This document shows, one piece after another, positions 1 through 10,720 of a DNA stretch of 64,000 nt. The notes below the pieces were generated by a model, which saw nothing but the letters and a program-made list of their open reading frames with translations, had not been told where the DNA came from and made no database searches. Numbering within the stretch: the first letter of the stretch is position 1; each line of letters opens with the position of its first letter. A program made the position numbers and the translations under genes. This DNA comes from Naegleria gruberi (Eukaryota): the NCBI GenBank assembly GCA_000004985.1, contig GG738868.1; one strand, written 5' to 3'.

Positions 1-409
1 CTAACCCAAACCCAAACCCAAGCCCAAACCCAAACCCAAACCCAAACCCAAACCCAAACCCAAACCCAAACCCAAACCCAAACCCAAACCCAAACCCAAC
101 CCAAACCCAAACCCAAACCCAAACCCAAACCCAAACCCAAACCCAAACCCAAACCCAAACCCAAACCCAAACCCAAACCCAAACCCAAACCCAAACCCAA
201 ACCCAAACCCAAACCCAAACCCAAACCCAAACCCAAACCCAAACCCAAACCCAAACCCAAACCCAAACCCAAACCCAAACCCAAACCCAAACCCAAACCC
301 AAACCCAAACCCAAACCCAAACCCAAACCCAAACCCAAACCCAAACCCAAACCCAAACCCAAACCCAAAACCAAACCCAAACCCAAACCCAAACCCAAAC
401 CCAAACCCA
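1..409. repeat. Telomeric repeat tract, (CCCAAA)n on the + strand (G-strand TTTGGG on the - strand running toward position 1). About 68 units with variants (CCCAAG near 20, a CCCAA pentamer near 95, CCCAAAA near 365). The orientation fits a left chromosome end.
   Basis: Direct reading: perfect hexamer periodicity from position 1 to about 409, followed abruptly by unique AT-rich sequence. Confidence 0.95.
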
Positions 410-1202
410 CGACTAAGGTCAGACCCAACATTTTGACTTTTATTCATCTTAATTAATTATCTCAATAAATACTCATTATAAATCAATATATTATATATCA
501 ATATACTCCAAATTTAATATATAATCATATAATAACATAATATTACATCATTATAATGACTTATATAAGTTAATTTCATATAACAGATTAGACAATTAGA
601 ATATCAATGAAAACATTTCAAATTCAATTCAAATCAATTAATCATCTTATAAGTCATGTTAATAACAATATATATCAATTTCAAATACTTTGGTATCAAT
701 TCAGGACATTTACTATTCAACTTGTCAACTGACCTATACTAACATTGAAGATAGAAATCTATACCACTTCAATTCACTTCTAATACATCTACACATGATA
801 ATTAAATACATTAATATCATTTTGAAATTCATCCATATTATACATGGTACATGGCTGATCCACTTGATACCTACAGGGATGTGACAATGACATGTACTAT
901 ACAGATCATCCTGATATTGATACAGTACCTTACCAATGATGAATTAACACCACAGTATCAGTTTCGTGACAATTTGAAATCATTCAACTAGTCAGGAGTG
1001 TAATCATGAGAATTATGAATGTCAGTATAATGAAATGATATTAATTTTGAAATCTTTCAATTATATCATCATATATAGATCAATTAATCATGGTATATCA
1101 ATAATTGGTATTGAATTTCATATCAATTCATTCAAACCTTAATGACCTATCCTTAGATGACCAAGGCAATTTTAAACTATCATGAATCATATAACTATTG
1201 AT

Positions 1203-1252
1203 NNNNNNNNNNNNNNNNNNNNNNNNNNNNNNNNNNNNNNNNNNNNNNNNNN
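1203..1252. other. Assembly gap (50 N)
   Basis: Run of n characters in the sequence. Confidence 0.99.
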
Positions 1253-1707
1253 GAATTTTTTGCATGGAAGATAATGCGACCGAATATTACCGAATAATTT
1301 TTTATACGGGTTTATTTCGTATATAACATAAAGTTTACAGATTTTATGAAGATTATTATGATATATCACAAGATGAAGACGTTACTATTAAACAAATTGT
1401 AAATCACGAAATGTTATTTGGAGACAATCCTTCAAACAAACGTCTTAATTAGTGTGTGATTAAGAAAAGTAAACAAAGTGATGCAACCGGACTTGTGCTC
1501 ACAAAAGAAACAATGGATGATTACTCTCCTTCATCAGACAGGATGGTTAGATTTAATATTATCGGCTTTGAGATAGCCCACACTGAATTTCATAGCACAA
1601 CATTTGATATTGTATTCGTTAATGGTTGGCATAAACAATATTTTGTTGTTTGTTGAAAGTTTGCTTCCTCAACAACAGAAAGTTACAAGATCAACAAATT
1701 CAACAAT

Positions 1708-2718
1708 TTGAAGGGTATTGGAAAACCAAGTCAACCTAAATATCAGCAATACTCTGAGCATTTCCTTAAATTTAATTACAGCCAATCAGTTAACAAATTT
1801 CATCCATCGTTTGCATTCGTTGATTGTTTAATTGAATCAGTGACCAGTCAATCTACATTTAGATTATCCTTATCACAAATTGAATGTTTATTTACTTTAT
1901 GTCAACAAATCTCATTATTGAAAAAGGAAAATTTGGAAGAAATTGTGTAACAATTAGAGGCATTTTCAACAAAGTATTGTCAATATTCTGATTTGTTTTC
2001 AGAAATTCTAACAGATACATGGAATGATACCTATAATTCTATTCAGGTATTTAAAAGTTGGGCTTTCTTTCCTTTTCAAAAGATTACTCAACCTTTCTTG
2101 TTCGATTCTGAACTTGCTCAGGATTCTCCACATCTTCTCAGATACCTCATTTCATGTAAATATGGTAATTTATTGGCAGGTCAAATCCTTTCTCAAATAT
2201 ATCTGGTAGAAGATGAAGATGGAGATTTATTTAGATTGGCAAAGCAATGTGGTGTCCCAGAGGAGAACTCTCCAAACTCAATTGAGCAATATCCTAATAT
2301 TTTACTGAGAGGAAATAGAAAAGAGTTGAGCAATGTAAATACAGATCCCAGATTGTGGTATTTTCATCCTACAGATAATTGTAATTATTCACTCCTAGAT
2401 TTCCAAAAATACTTATTTGGCTTGGATTGGTATTTACTTTATTTATTTGTTTTAGGATTGAGATTTAAAGAACATGTTGAAAAAGTTAAACCAATTCTCA
2501 AAGAGTATAATATAGGTCTCTATTATCACTTTATTAGACAATTACTTCCTTCAACTTTAGAAAGAATTGAATGTTCCAAAAAAGCAATTGCTAATGGAAT
2601 TCATGAAGATATTCAATTAATTAATACGACAACAGAAGAGCCAGAAATACTGTTGTGGAGAAGTCTTGCTCGTTTATTTGAGGAAGAAAAAACAGAGTAT
2701 GAATCCACTTCCTGCTAG
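1708..2718 (+). pseudogene. Two same-frame subtelomeric ORFs (1708-1950 and 1993-2718, both with non-ATG starts) separated by a stop. No recognisable domain and no intron that restores the frame. Possibly a decayed subtelomeric gene.
   Basis: ORF track plus frame arithmetic. No GT..AG interval of suitable length joins the two ORFs. Confidence 0.15.
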
Positions 2719-3543
2719 CAGGATGAAGTTGTTGAGAAATTACCAAGGATTTCTTCAATTTATATTGTCGTTTTAGTAATAGTGTGCACAAATAAATTCA
2801 TAAATCCATGAATATTCAGGGCCAAATAAGAAAATAATGAAATAATAAAGAAATCGAGTACAGTGAGTTTACAGCGATATTATTTACGGTTCGTAGATGC
2901 CCTTTGTTAAAATTTTTTAAATTTTTCAACAACCTTTTGCAAGCACTTCAAAAATATTTTTATCGCCCTTAATAATTCAAAGAAAATGAGCATTTATTAA
3001 ATCTGAAAAATAGAAAGAACGGAAACAACTTGCATCATTAAATTCAAAATTAATTATTCGTTTGGACATTATTTGGAAAGAGGAAAGAGAATTAGTGACA
3101 GAGCAACACGGAGAAGTGTTCCAGTGATAGTGAACAATTAATATTGAAACCAACACATAGATTTTAAGATATAGTTACTCTCATTTACCAATATTTTGAA
3201 TTAGTGGTGTCACCATCAAATGTCTTATGAATTATTAAGAACAAACGTCCTATTAATTTGTAATAAATATACTATATTTCAATTTTAAATTGTTGACTTT
3301 TGTACTTAATTGACTTGAAGATACTGAGCCATCAATATGAAACTTTCTCGGATTGTTCTCCTCATCAAGGGGAGTGTATTCATATTTGATACTGGTATGA
3401 TATTTTGTAAATTGACTGAGATGGAGTGTAATCTTTTTATTGAAATGTGACATTTTGAAAGATTGTTATTATTATCGTATTGAATTCTATTCTAACAATG
3501 TGAAATTGATACAAGATATATAGTATTGTAATTAAATGTATCT

Positions 3544-3582
3544 GGTAAATTTACATGGTAAATTTACATGGTAAATTTACAT
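3544..3582. repeat. 13-bp tandem repeat (GGTAAATTTACAT) x3 in the subtelomere
   Basis: Three exact head-to-tail copies read directly. Confidence 0.9.
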
Positions 3583-3984
3583 GATGATTGGATGTACTTT
3601 CATTGAGATGGAGTGTTCACTAGGATATAGTGTTGACATTGAACATTCTGATTAATTTTATGAAAGTAGTTTGAAATGTTTCTAAACTATTGTGGATGTA
3701 TTTCATTGATGTATACTCTTTGGAATATCAACTGATTCCCAAGAGAGTGTCAGCTCAAACTGTTTCTTCAATTTTTACGTTTTTTCAAAAATCAGAAGAA
3801 TTAAAAAATTATATAATAGGGGCACTAAAAACACAGTAAAGAGAAGAAAACCTTGTTTTTGAAGGGCATTCACTTTTAACAACTACGATTTTTAAGGGGT
3901 GATTGAAAAAAACCCAGTAATCGCTGTAATCAAATTAAATGTCTTTATTTGTTGAGTAAGGTATAAAAGAAGCACTGAGGAAAT

Positions 3985-4452
3985 TTATTTCATCAATAGA
4001 GTGCACACTATTACTAAAACGACAATACTGAAAAATTCATTGTATAAAAACAGTATTCCTCCAATAATCAAGAAAATCACAATTATATAGGGAAAATAGA
4101 TAACCATCACAATTTCAAGAACCAACAAGATAAGAGTTACCACAGGAGTTAAGCATATTAAGGTGATAAGCAGCCAATTAGGAAGACATGTTTCATTGAC
4201 ATAATCTGCAGTATGAACTCTAACATAGAACAGGAAGAAATGTGCTGGGAATAAGAACATTAGAAACGGAATTCCAAGATAAGTAATCAAACTCAACCAA
4301 GGAAGGTCCATAGTCTTTGCCAACAACTGTTGGAAGGAGTTACTTGTTATTGGGCTACTAGTAGTTGAAGTTTCGTTGGATTCTTCTTCTTCATTGTCAA
4401 GATTTATTGGCATTGGTTCACAAGTTTCCTGCGCTATTGGTGTTTCTGACAT
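3985..4452 (-). CDS. Small hypothetical membrane protein (155 aa, about 4 TM helices, acidic N-terminus)
   Basis: ATG-initiated ORF. Hydrophobic helices FLMFLFPAHFFLFYV, LLITLICLTPVVTLILLVLEIV and IIVIFLIIGGILFLY. No homology recognised. Confidence 0.3.
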   Translation of the reverse strand: MSETPIAQETCEPMPINLDNEEEESNETSTTSSPITSNSFQQLLAKTMDLPWLSLITYLGIPFLMFLFPAHFFLFYVRVHTADYVNETCLPNWLLITLICLTPVVTLILLVLEIVMVIYFPYIIVIFLIIGGILFLYNEFFSIVVLVIVCTLLMK

Positions 4453-4804
4453 TTTTTACTTCAAATAAACTGCAAGTTATTCTAATCTTCTTTTTTATTT
4501 CGTAATTAACGTGAGTATTCTTAAAAATCGAAACGTGATTTGTTGTAATTGAACAGTTTCAGAAGTACTTTGTTAGAAGAGACAATCTATTCATATATGC
4601 AATAACTTAAAATTCATTCTTCTTTTTCAATTTGTCAACCTTAATCTTGTCAATTTTCATTTCACGTTGGAAAGCAAGAGATTGTTTGAATCGATGATGT
4701 GTGTCCATCATGACCAGACATGTTTCCTTTTCTAAAATATTGAACATGGTATCTGGTAGAGTTTCAATTTGCTTATCATTGAACTTGTCAAGATAATCCT
4801 TGTG

Positions 4805-4854
4805 NNNNNNNNNNNNNNNNNNNNNNNNNNNNNNNNNNNNNNNNNNNNNNNNNN
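4805..4854. other. Assembly gap (50 N)
   Basis: Run of n characters in the sequence. Confidence 0.99.
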
Positions 4855-5816
4855 CTGGTCTAAGCGCAAAAGAATACCTAAGAATGTGGCCCTAGAAGTC
4901 TACAAAGCACTAGCTATTTATTTGGAAAATTGCTACAAGAACTCAGTGTGGTACAACCGTCCCAATGCAGGCTTCACTATTAACAGGAAATACCTCTCTG
5001 CCTACCACAGGCAGGCTCAGTCTAACCAACCACTTAGCGTCAACCCATAACACTTAAACGCTGAACCGAAACTTACTGGTTGTAGACCTCGTCTCTCAGG
5101 TCTTTACGATACAAGAGACGTTAATAAAATCACAATTTACTTTTGCAGGTTCTACCACTTCTTGATTACTAGCAAGCTTCAACTCCATTTCACTTAGTCT
5201 TGAAAGAAGTACATCCATGTTCGCAATATTCCTTCTTGATTTGACTCTAGCTGTACCATTATTCCTGCAAGACTCAACATCTTCCGACTCAGATGAAGAA
5301 GGAGAGGATGACGAGGAGTCGGTTCTTCTAGAGTGATTCAGAGGAATACTCTGGCTTGTGCTTCCCGAGTCTGAATGATGATGTCTACCAAATTGTCAAC
5401 TGACCTATCAGAAGGTAGTTGAATGCCCATTGATTCAATGAGTTCCTCTAATTGATCAATAGAGCACTCTGATAATTCATTTCTTGATTTAAAATACATC
5501 TTTCGGAATTAATTTGAGACTTCAAGGTATAAATGGGAAGTAGAATCAACAAGTGTTAAAACCATCTTTTATTACACAAAACAAAAGAAATATCCAATTG
5601 TCACAATTGAACAATACAATAGATTGAAACTTTTCCAAATTACCATTTGAATCGGGAAGTGATGATGATTTTAGTGAACAATATTAAATTTCACTAAAAT
5701 ATTAATATTATCAGATTTCCACAAATATTACTATTATAATGATGATAAATAACAATGATGATGGTTGGTAGTAGTTCCGATGTGATGGAACACGGTAGTA
5801 TCTGGAATTGAAAAAA

Positions 5817-6824
5817 ATGACTCAAGTCTCTAAAGGTTTGTGTAATGATCAAAGTTTGCTAATAATTGTAATAGAAATATTTTCTGATGATGTAATTTAT
5901 GAAATTATTTCCTATTTATGTGATGATTGGAAATTCGTATTATTAAATTGCGTAATGGTAACAAAACAATGGTTGAACGTCATCCGAGATCGATCCGAGC
6001 TTTCAATGATGGCGAATAATCATTTGGTCAATCAAGTAAATAATGAATTTTTGGATTGTTTTGTATCAATAACATTTGCACGCAATATTTTAAATGACAA
6101 TTGGTTTAACATGTTAGGACGTATGACTCAATTGACCACTTTGGAAATTGGAAATAATCTAATTGATGACAATATGGTTAAATTAATTAGTGAAATGAAA
6201 CAGTTGACAGGCCTTGATTTGGAAATCAATCAAATCTTCAATGAAGGAGCCAAATCCATCAGTGAATTAAGAAATTTGACCTACCTTAACATTGGTAATA
6301 ATCCCATCAATGATGAAGGTATAGAATCAATTAGTCAATTAGACAATCTTACTGATCTAACAGTTAGCAGCTTGCGAATTACATCAAAATCTGCAAAATT
6401 TATTTCAAAATTGAATAATTTAACACTCCTAAATATTGCTTACAATAATATTGGAGATGAAGGAGCCAAATTTATAAGTGAAATCAAATCATTGAAAATT
6501 CTGGATATTTCGTTAAATGGAATTAGTCCTATTGGCGCCAAGTCAATTAGTGAATTGGATCAATTGACTGTACTTTACATTAGTCAAAATTTTAGTATTG
6601 GTGATGAAGGAGCAAGGATGATTAGTGAAATGAAACAATTGAATGAACTTTATATCCAAGATTGTTTCATTGGTAATGCTGGTGCCATCTCAATCAGTAG
6701 AATGGATAAATTAACACACCTAGATATTTCAGAAAATGAAATTCAGATTGAAGGGGAGTCAGTCATTCGTGATATGAAACACTTGTCTTATCTTTCAATT
6801 GAAGGTCAATGTTTATATGGTTGA
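5817..6824 (+). CDS. F-box / leucine-rich-repeat protein (F-box-like motif followed by about 10 ribonuclease-inhibitor-type LRRs)
   Basis: First ATG is at 5817; the ORF-track start at 5808 is TTG. F-box-like segment FSDDVIYEIISYLCDDWKFVLLNCVMVTKQWLNVI. Repeated units such as LTxLDIxxNxIGDEGAKxISE typical of RI-like LRRs. Confidence 0.75.
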   Translation: MTQVSKGLCNDQSLLIIVIEIFSDDVIYEIISYLCDDWKFVLLNCVMVTKQWLNVIRDRSELSMMANNHLVNQVNNEFLDCFVSITFARNILNDNWFNMLGRMTQLTTLEIGNNLIDDNMVKLISEMKQLTGLDLEINQIFNEGAKSISELRNLTYLNIGNNPINDEGIESISQLDNLTDLTVSSLRITSKSAKFISKLNNLTLLNIAYNNIGDEGAKFISEIKSLKILDISLNGISPIGAKSISELDQLTVLYISQNFSIGDEGARMISEMKQLNELYIQDCFIGNAGAISISRMDKLTHLDISENEIQIEGESVIRDMKHLSYLSIEGQCLYG

Positions 6825-7460
6825 TTCATCTTGTTGTGTAGAATTGTCACCAATTTCTGTTATATTCAATTTCATTATTAGAGGCGCTATGAGAATAAAT
6901 TTAATTCATTAGGTTTCTCTGAAACACATCACCTTAAATAATAATCCTTCTCTAACCAGTTTCTTCTTACAACAAGCAATACTAATGATATTTAATTCAC
7001 AAATTACTGAAATGGAATTTGTCTAGAGATTAGTGACAAATCGTAGTTAACAAGGCAACAATAAGCTCTGTTCACATTTTTGTAATAATTTATTGAAAAT
7101 AAATGAAAACCTAAAACAACGTTTTACCAAATATATGTGACTTGCGATTGCTGACATTAACCAATCACCTTGAAACATTAATAAATTGTTAACAGTATTA
7201 TTGTTGAAGTACCTTAGCAATTATTTTGTGAAATCTTGAAGATTTTGATATTATCATTTACTAGATTATCTTGAGAATTATCCAGAGAGGTTATTTGTTT
7301 CATGGTATGAGGCATTATTATGAACAGATAAGTCAAGTTTAGGAAAAGGAAACGGAAATTTGTTTTATCATACAATACTAGACATGGCTTTGGTGGTTCA
7401 AATTTGTTTTATTGGTAGGTTTAGATTTTAGTGGGTAAAATAGGAAAGAGTTTGGTAGAA

Positions 7461-10431
7461 TTAAAGAGCTGGAATTTTCCTAGATCTCAACTTTTCAATT
7501 AATGATAATATTGCAGGGAATATTACCAATACGTTAAACAATAAAATACCTTGTCCTAAAATAATAATATCGAAAAAGTACTTTTTCACAATCTTGATAT
7601 CATGAAATGCAAGAGGCAGAATGCTGACCACAGTTGACAAGGAACAAATCAATAAAGGAATAGTCAAGAGTGTATATGCCTTCTTTACACTCTTTGTTAG
7701 AATAAATGCCTTTGTAATCTGGAATAGATATTCTGAAAATAATCCAATTTGAAGTGTGAAATTCATAATTGATAATCCATTAATAGGAATTCTTAATAAT
7801 CTCAATCCAGCAACTAGTTCAATTAAAGTTATCAAAGTTAAAAAACAAGTAATGATGGAGCAAATTAAAATATTAATGAAAAGAGAAAGCTTTCCATTTT
7901 TCAGAATTGGAATCTCAAAAATTGATGTTACAAAAACAGAGACAATGGCAACTGACAGAATGGCAAGTGTACAAATAATACCAACATTGAATGGATCACT
8001 GGCAAATGATTCGAATATTAAATCCATGTCATTCACAATGAATGAGTTCTTGGTTGGTTTCAGTCCTGTCTCTGGATAATCAATGGACAATTTTTTCATA
8101 AATTCCAAATTTTGCTTTTCAATAACAGCTGTCACTTCTGAATTCAAAAAATTCTTATTCGAAAAAACAATTCTGGCAGCTGTCATATTATTCGAAACTT
8201 GCTTTGAAATAACAAAGCTTGCCAAATTACTAAATAATGTGTGATGAGTGAATTCATCCATCCAAGAGTTGAACTTTTGTGGAGGAACCTTAAATCTGTT
8301 AGCTCTAAACTCTTCTGAATGAGAACTCATAAAAAATATCCAAGTTTTAAAGTAAGAAAACCAATTGATTTGAGCTTTCATAAATGTTGGGGGAGATTCA
8401 TAAACGTTTTCCAATAAATTCGCCATAGAGGGTGATGCAAAGTCAATCCTATCATTTGTAGAATTTTCCGTATTGTACATGACAAGATAACCTGGATATT
8501 CCAAATCTCCATAATGTGAATTGTAATGATGTAAGAATGAAGTCAACTGAGATGACTTGGCATATAGATCTGTCATGGTGAATGGTTCCTCTCCTATTGA
8601 GGCAATAATTGTAATTGAGCCAACAATTCCACAAATAGCCAATAAAATCAAGATTACATGAACTATTGGATATTTTGGTTTGTTGAATGCATAATCGAAT
8701 ATTTTGTAAATTATTCTATCGACTCGATATTTAGGGAGGTCATCTTTCTGTGATTCTGGTTGCTGTTCTACATTTTCAGTAACTTGCATTTCATCTAATT
8801 GAGTAAATTGAATTGTTGGTTCCTCTTCTGTTTCTTTTTGAGCTGAGTTCTGGTTAACTGAACTTTCCATTTCTTCTTCATCAATTTCATTACCTTCTTG
8901 AATATTATCTTCTGCATTGTCCAAGTTCATAGAGTCAGTACTTGGAACTGGAACAAATAATTCCTGTCGTTTCGAATTAAACTTGAATTCCAAAACCAGT
9001 AGAGGAGTAATTCCAAAGATTGCTGTAAAGAAGAGGAAAATAACTGAAACCATAGTTTGCCAAGCAACACTAAACAAACATAATGAGAACCTCCATTTCA
9101 CAGAGAAACTTACCTAATTGCCATTATTATTGGATGTTTCATTACTATAACAACGAACATTAAAATACAGCACATCACAATGAGTGTGAAAATTAATGCA
9201 GAGATGACTTCTCTATAGTATCTACCAGAATTTTTAACAAACTTTTCATATAATGTTTCATTCTCACTTTCATTGGTCAACTCTGACAAACCTTCTCTAT
9301 ATCTATTAAAATAGGTCTGTAAAATGAATAAACCATCTGATCCAATACCAACCAGAAATAGTGGTAAAGCCTGTGCACTGAGTGGATTCAAATTATATCC
9401 AAATATTAAATGAACAATTCCAAAAGATGAAAAGATATCCATCACAATCAAAATAATACTCAAAAAACCAATTAATATTCTCAAAATGATCGAATCTTTC
9501 GAATCTCCTCTCATCAGTACAAGTGTAGTCACCACCATAACAAGAGTAATTGAAAAACTAATCAGAAACATTGGACCAACACTCACAAATGTATCTGTAA
9601 TATCTTGTGTTAATGAATATTGAGAATTATAATATAAGGTTACATTTCCTGGAGAAACATATTCCACATTCTCATTCAATTTCTCAAATTTGTTCAATTC
9701 TTTTCTTGTTCTTTCCATTAAATTGGAAAATTCCTTTTCCCAAGCTGTAATTTCATTTTCATGATCTGAAAGTAAAATTGCATAATATTTAAGAGCTTTA
9801 GCCTTTAAAATTGTTGTCTTGATAGGATTCCACTCAACTGATCCTAAAATTGATTCAGACTCCAATAAATCTCCACTTGACAATCGTTTAGGAATGGACA
9901 AGGTTTTGTGGATATTCGAATCTTTCATTAATTTATCCTTATTGAAATCCCAAAATGACATAATATCAAGAGTCATACATCCACTAGAATCCATTCTCAA
10001 GCAAATATCTTCAAAAAACACATTCTTCCCATCAAATGTCGTTGAATTTAATTGATTGACTTGATTAATTATTTGATGAAAATATAAAATTGTATCTTTT
10101 GATATAATATCCATTGTTTGATTATTAACTTCACTCACAGTTAAAATAATGCTCACTGCTCTCATATATATTTAGGAAACAATAAATTCATTTCGTCTCG
10201 TTTCAACTTGGCATTAGAATGTGAATGTGTTAAAAGTTTAAAAGGATCCGAATCAATTTTTAATTTCCAAACACTCAATCCACAACTCGCCAACAAAATC
10301 ACCAAACAAACACAAAAACTAATTATTGGATATTTAGCAGGAAGTGTCAACATCATTTTTTCAGTGTCAACAATCATGTGGAAGGATGAACCTGAATGCT
10401 TCAACAACACACTTGTGTATGCACCTTTCAT
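7461..10431 (-). CDS. Patched / Dispatched-family (RND superfamily, sterol-sensing-domain) 12-TM transporter-like protein, about 990 aa. Exon 2 is 10165-9114, a 44-nt intron (GTAAGT..TTTAG) lies at 9113-9070, and exon 3 is 9069-7461. The N-terminal TM1 segment (10431-about 10166) is in a different frame (see findings).
   Basis: SSD-type helices including the GxxxD-like motif LFLVGIGSDGLFILQTYF. Two TM bundles, each preceded by a large extracellular loop. The ORF-track stop at 9110-9112 is the TAA inside AG|GTAAGT, and splicing gives ...HPIIMAI-S-VAWQTMVSVIF in phase. Confidence 0.75.
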
Positions 10432-10720
10432 TTAAACATAGAGACCAAAATCTCATCCATGCTTTCCACTTTAGTTTAGTTTAGCCGTTGTCGCTTTATT
10501 GTAAACTTTAAAAAGGCAAGTTAAAAACAAGAAGAAACTTAAAAGACCAAAAATGGTTTCCACCATCTTCATGAAAATAGGATACCAACTCAACATGGTT
10601 CTTTCCTGTTATTATACAGTTAAAAATCACCGAAAACCTGGGAGAACCTTTTTAACTGTTGATGCCCTTCACGTTTCTTGTAACCAAGTTGCTGAAGAGT
10701 TTTAAACATTCACAAAAAAA

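Noticed and set aside
1-447. 148-aa minus-strand ORF translating to (GF)n/(GL)n
   Set aside because: It is a translation of the telomeric hexamer repeat and not a gene.
722-737. Exact 16-mer TTGTCAACTGACCTAT shared between 722-737 and 5393-5408
   Set aside because: A single 16-mer coincidence is expected by chance in 64 kb of AT-biased sequence on both strands. The flanking sequences show no extended similarity.
1187-1369. ORFs containing runs of X (1187-1369, 4769-5050)
   Set aside because: They span the N gaps and are artefacts of translating ambiguous bases.
5050-5500. Minus-strand acidic/Ser-rich coding-like stretch (MYFKSRNELSECSIDQLEELIESMG.. switching frame to ..SSSSPSSSESEDVESC..)
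   Set aside because: It needs a frameshift to extend and abuts an assembly gap. It may be a decayed subtelomeric gene but cannot be modelled reliably.
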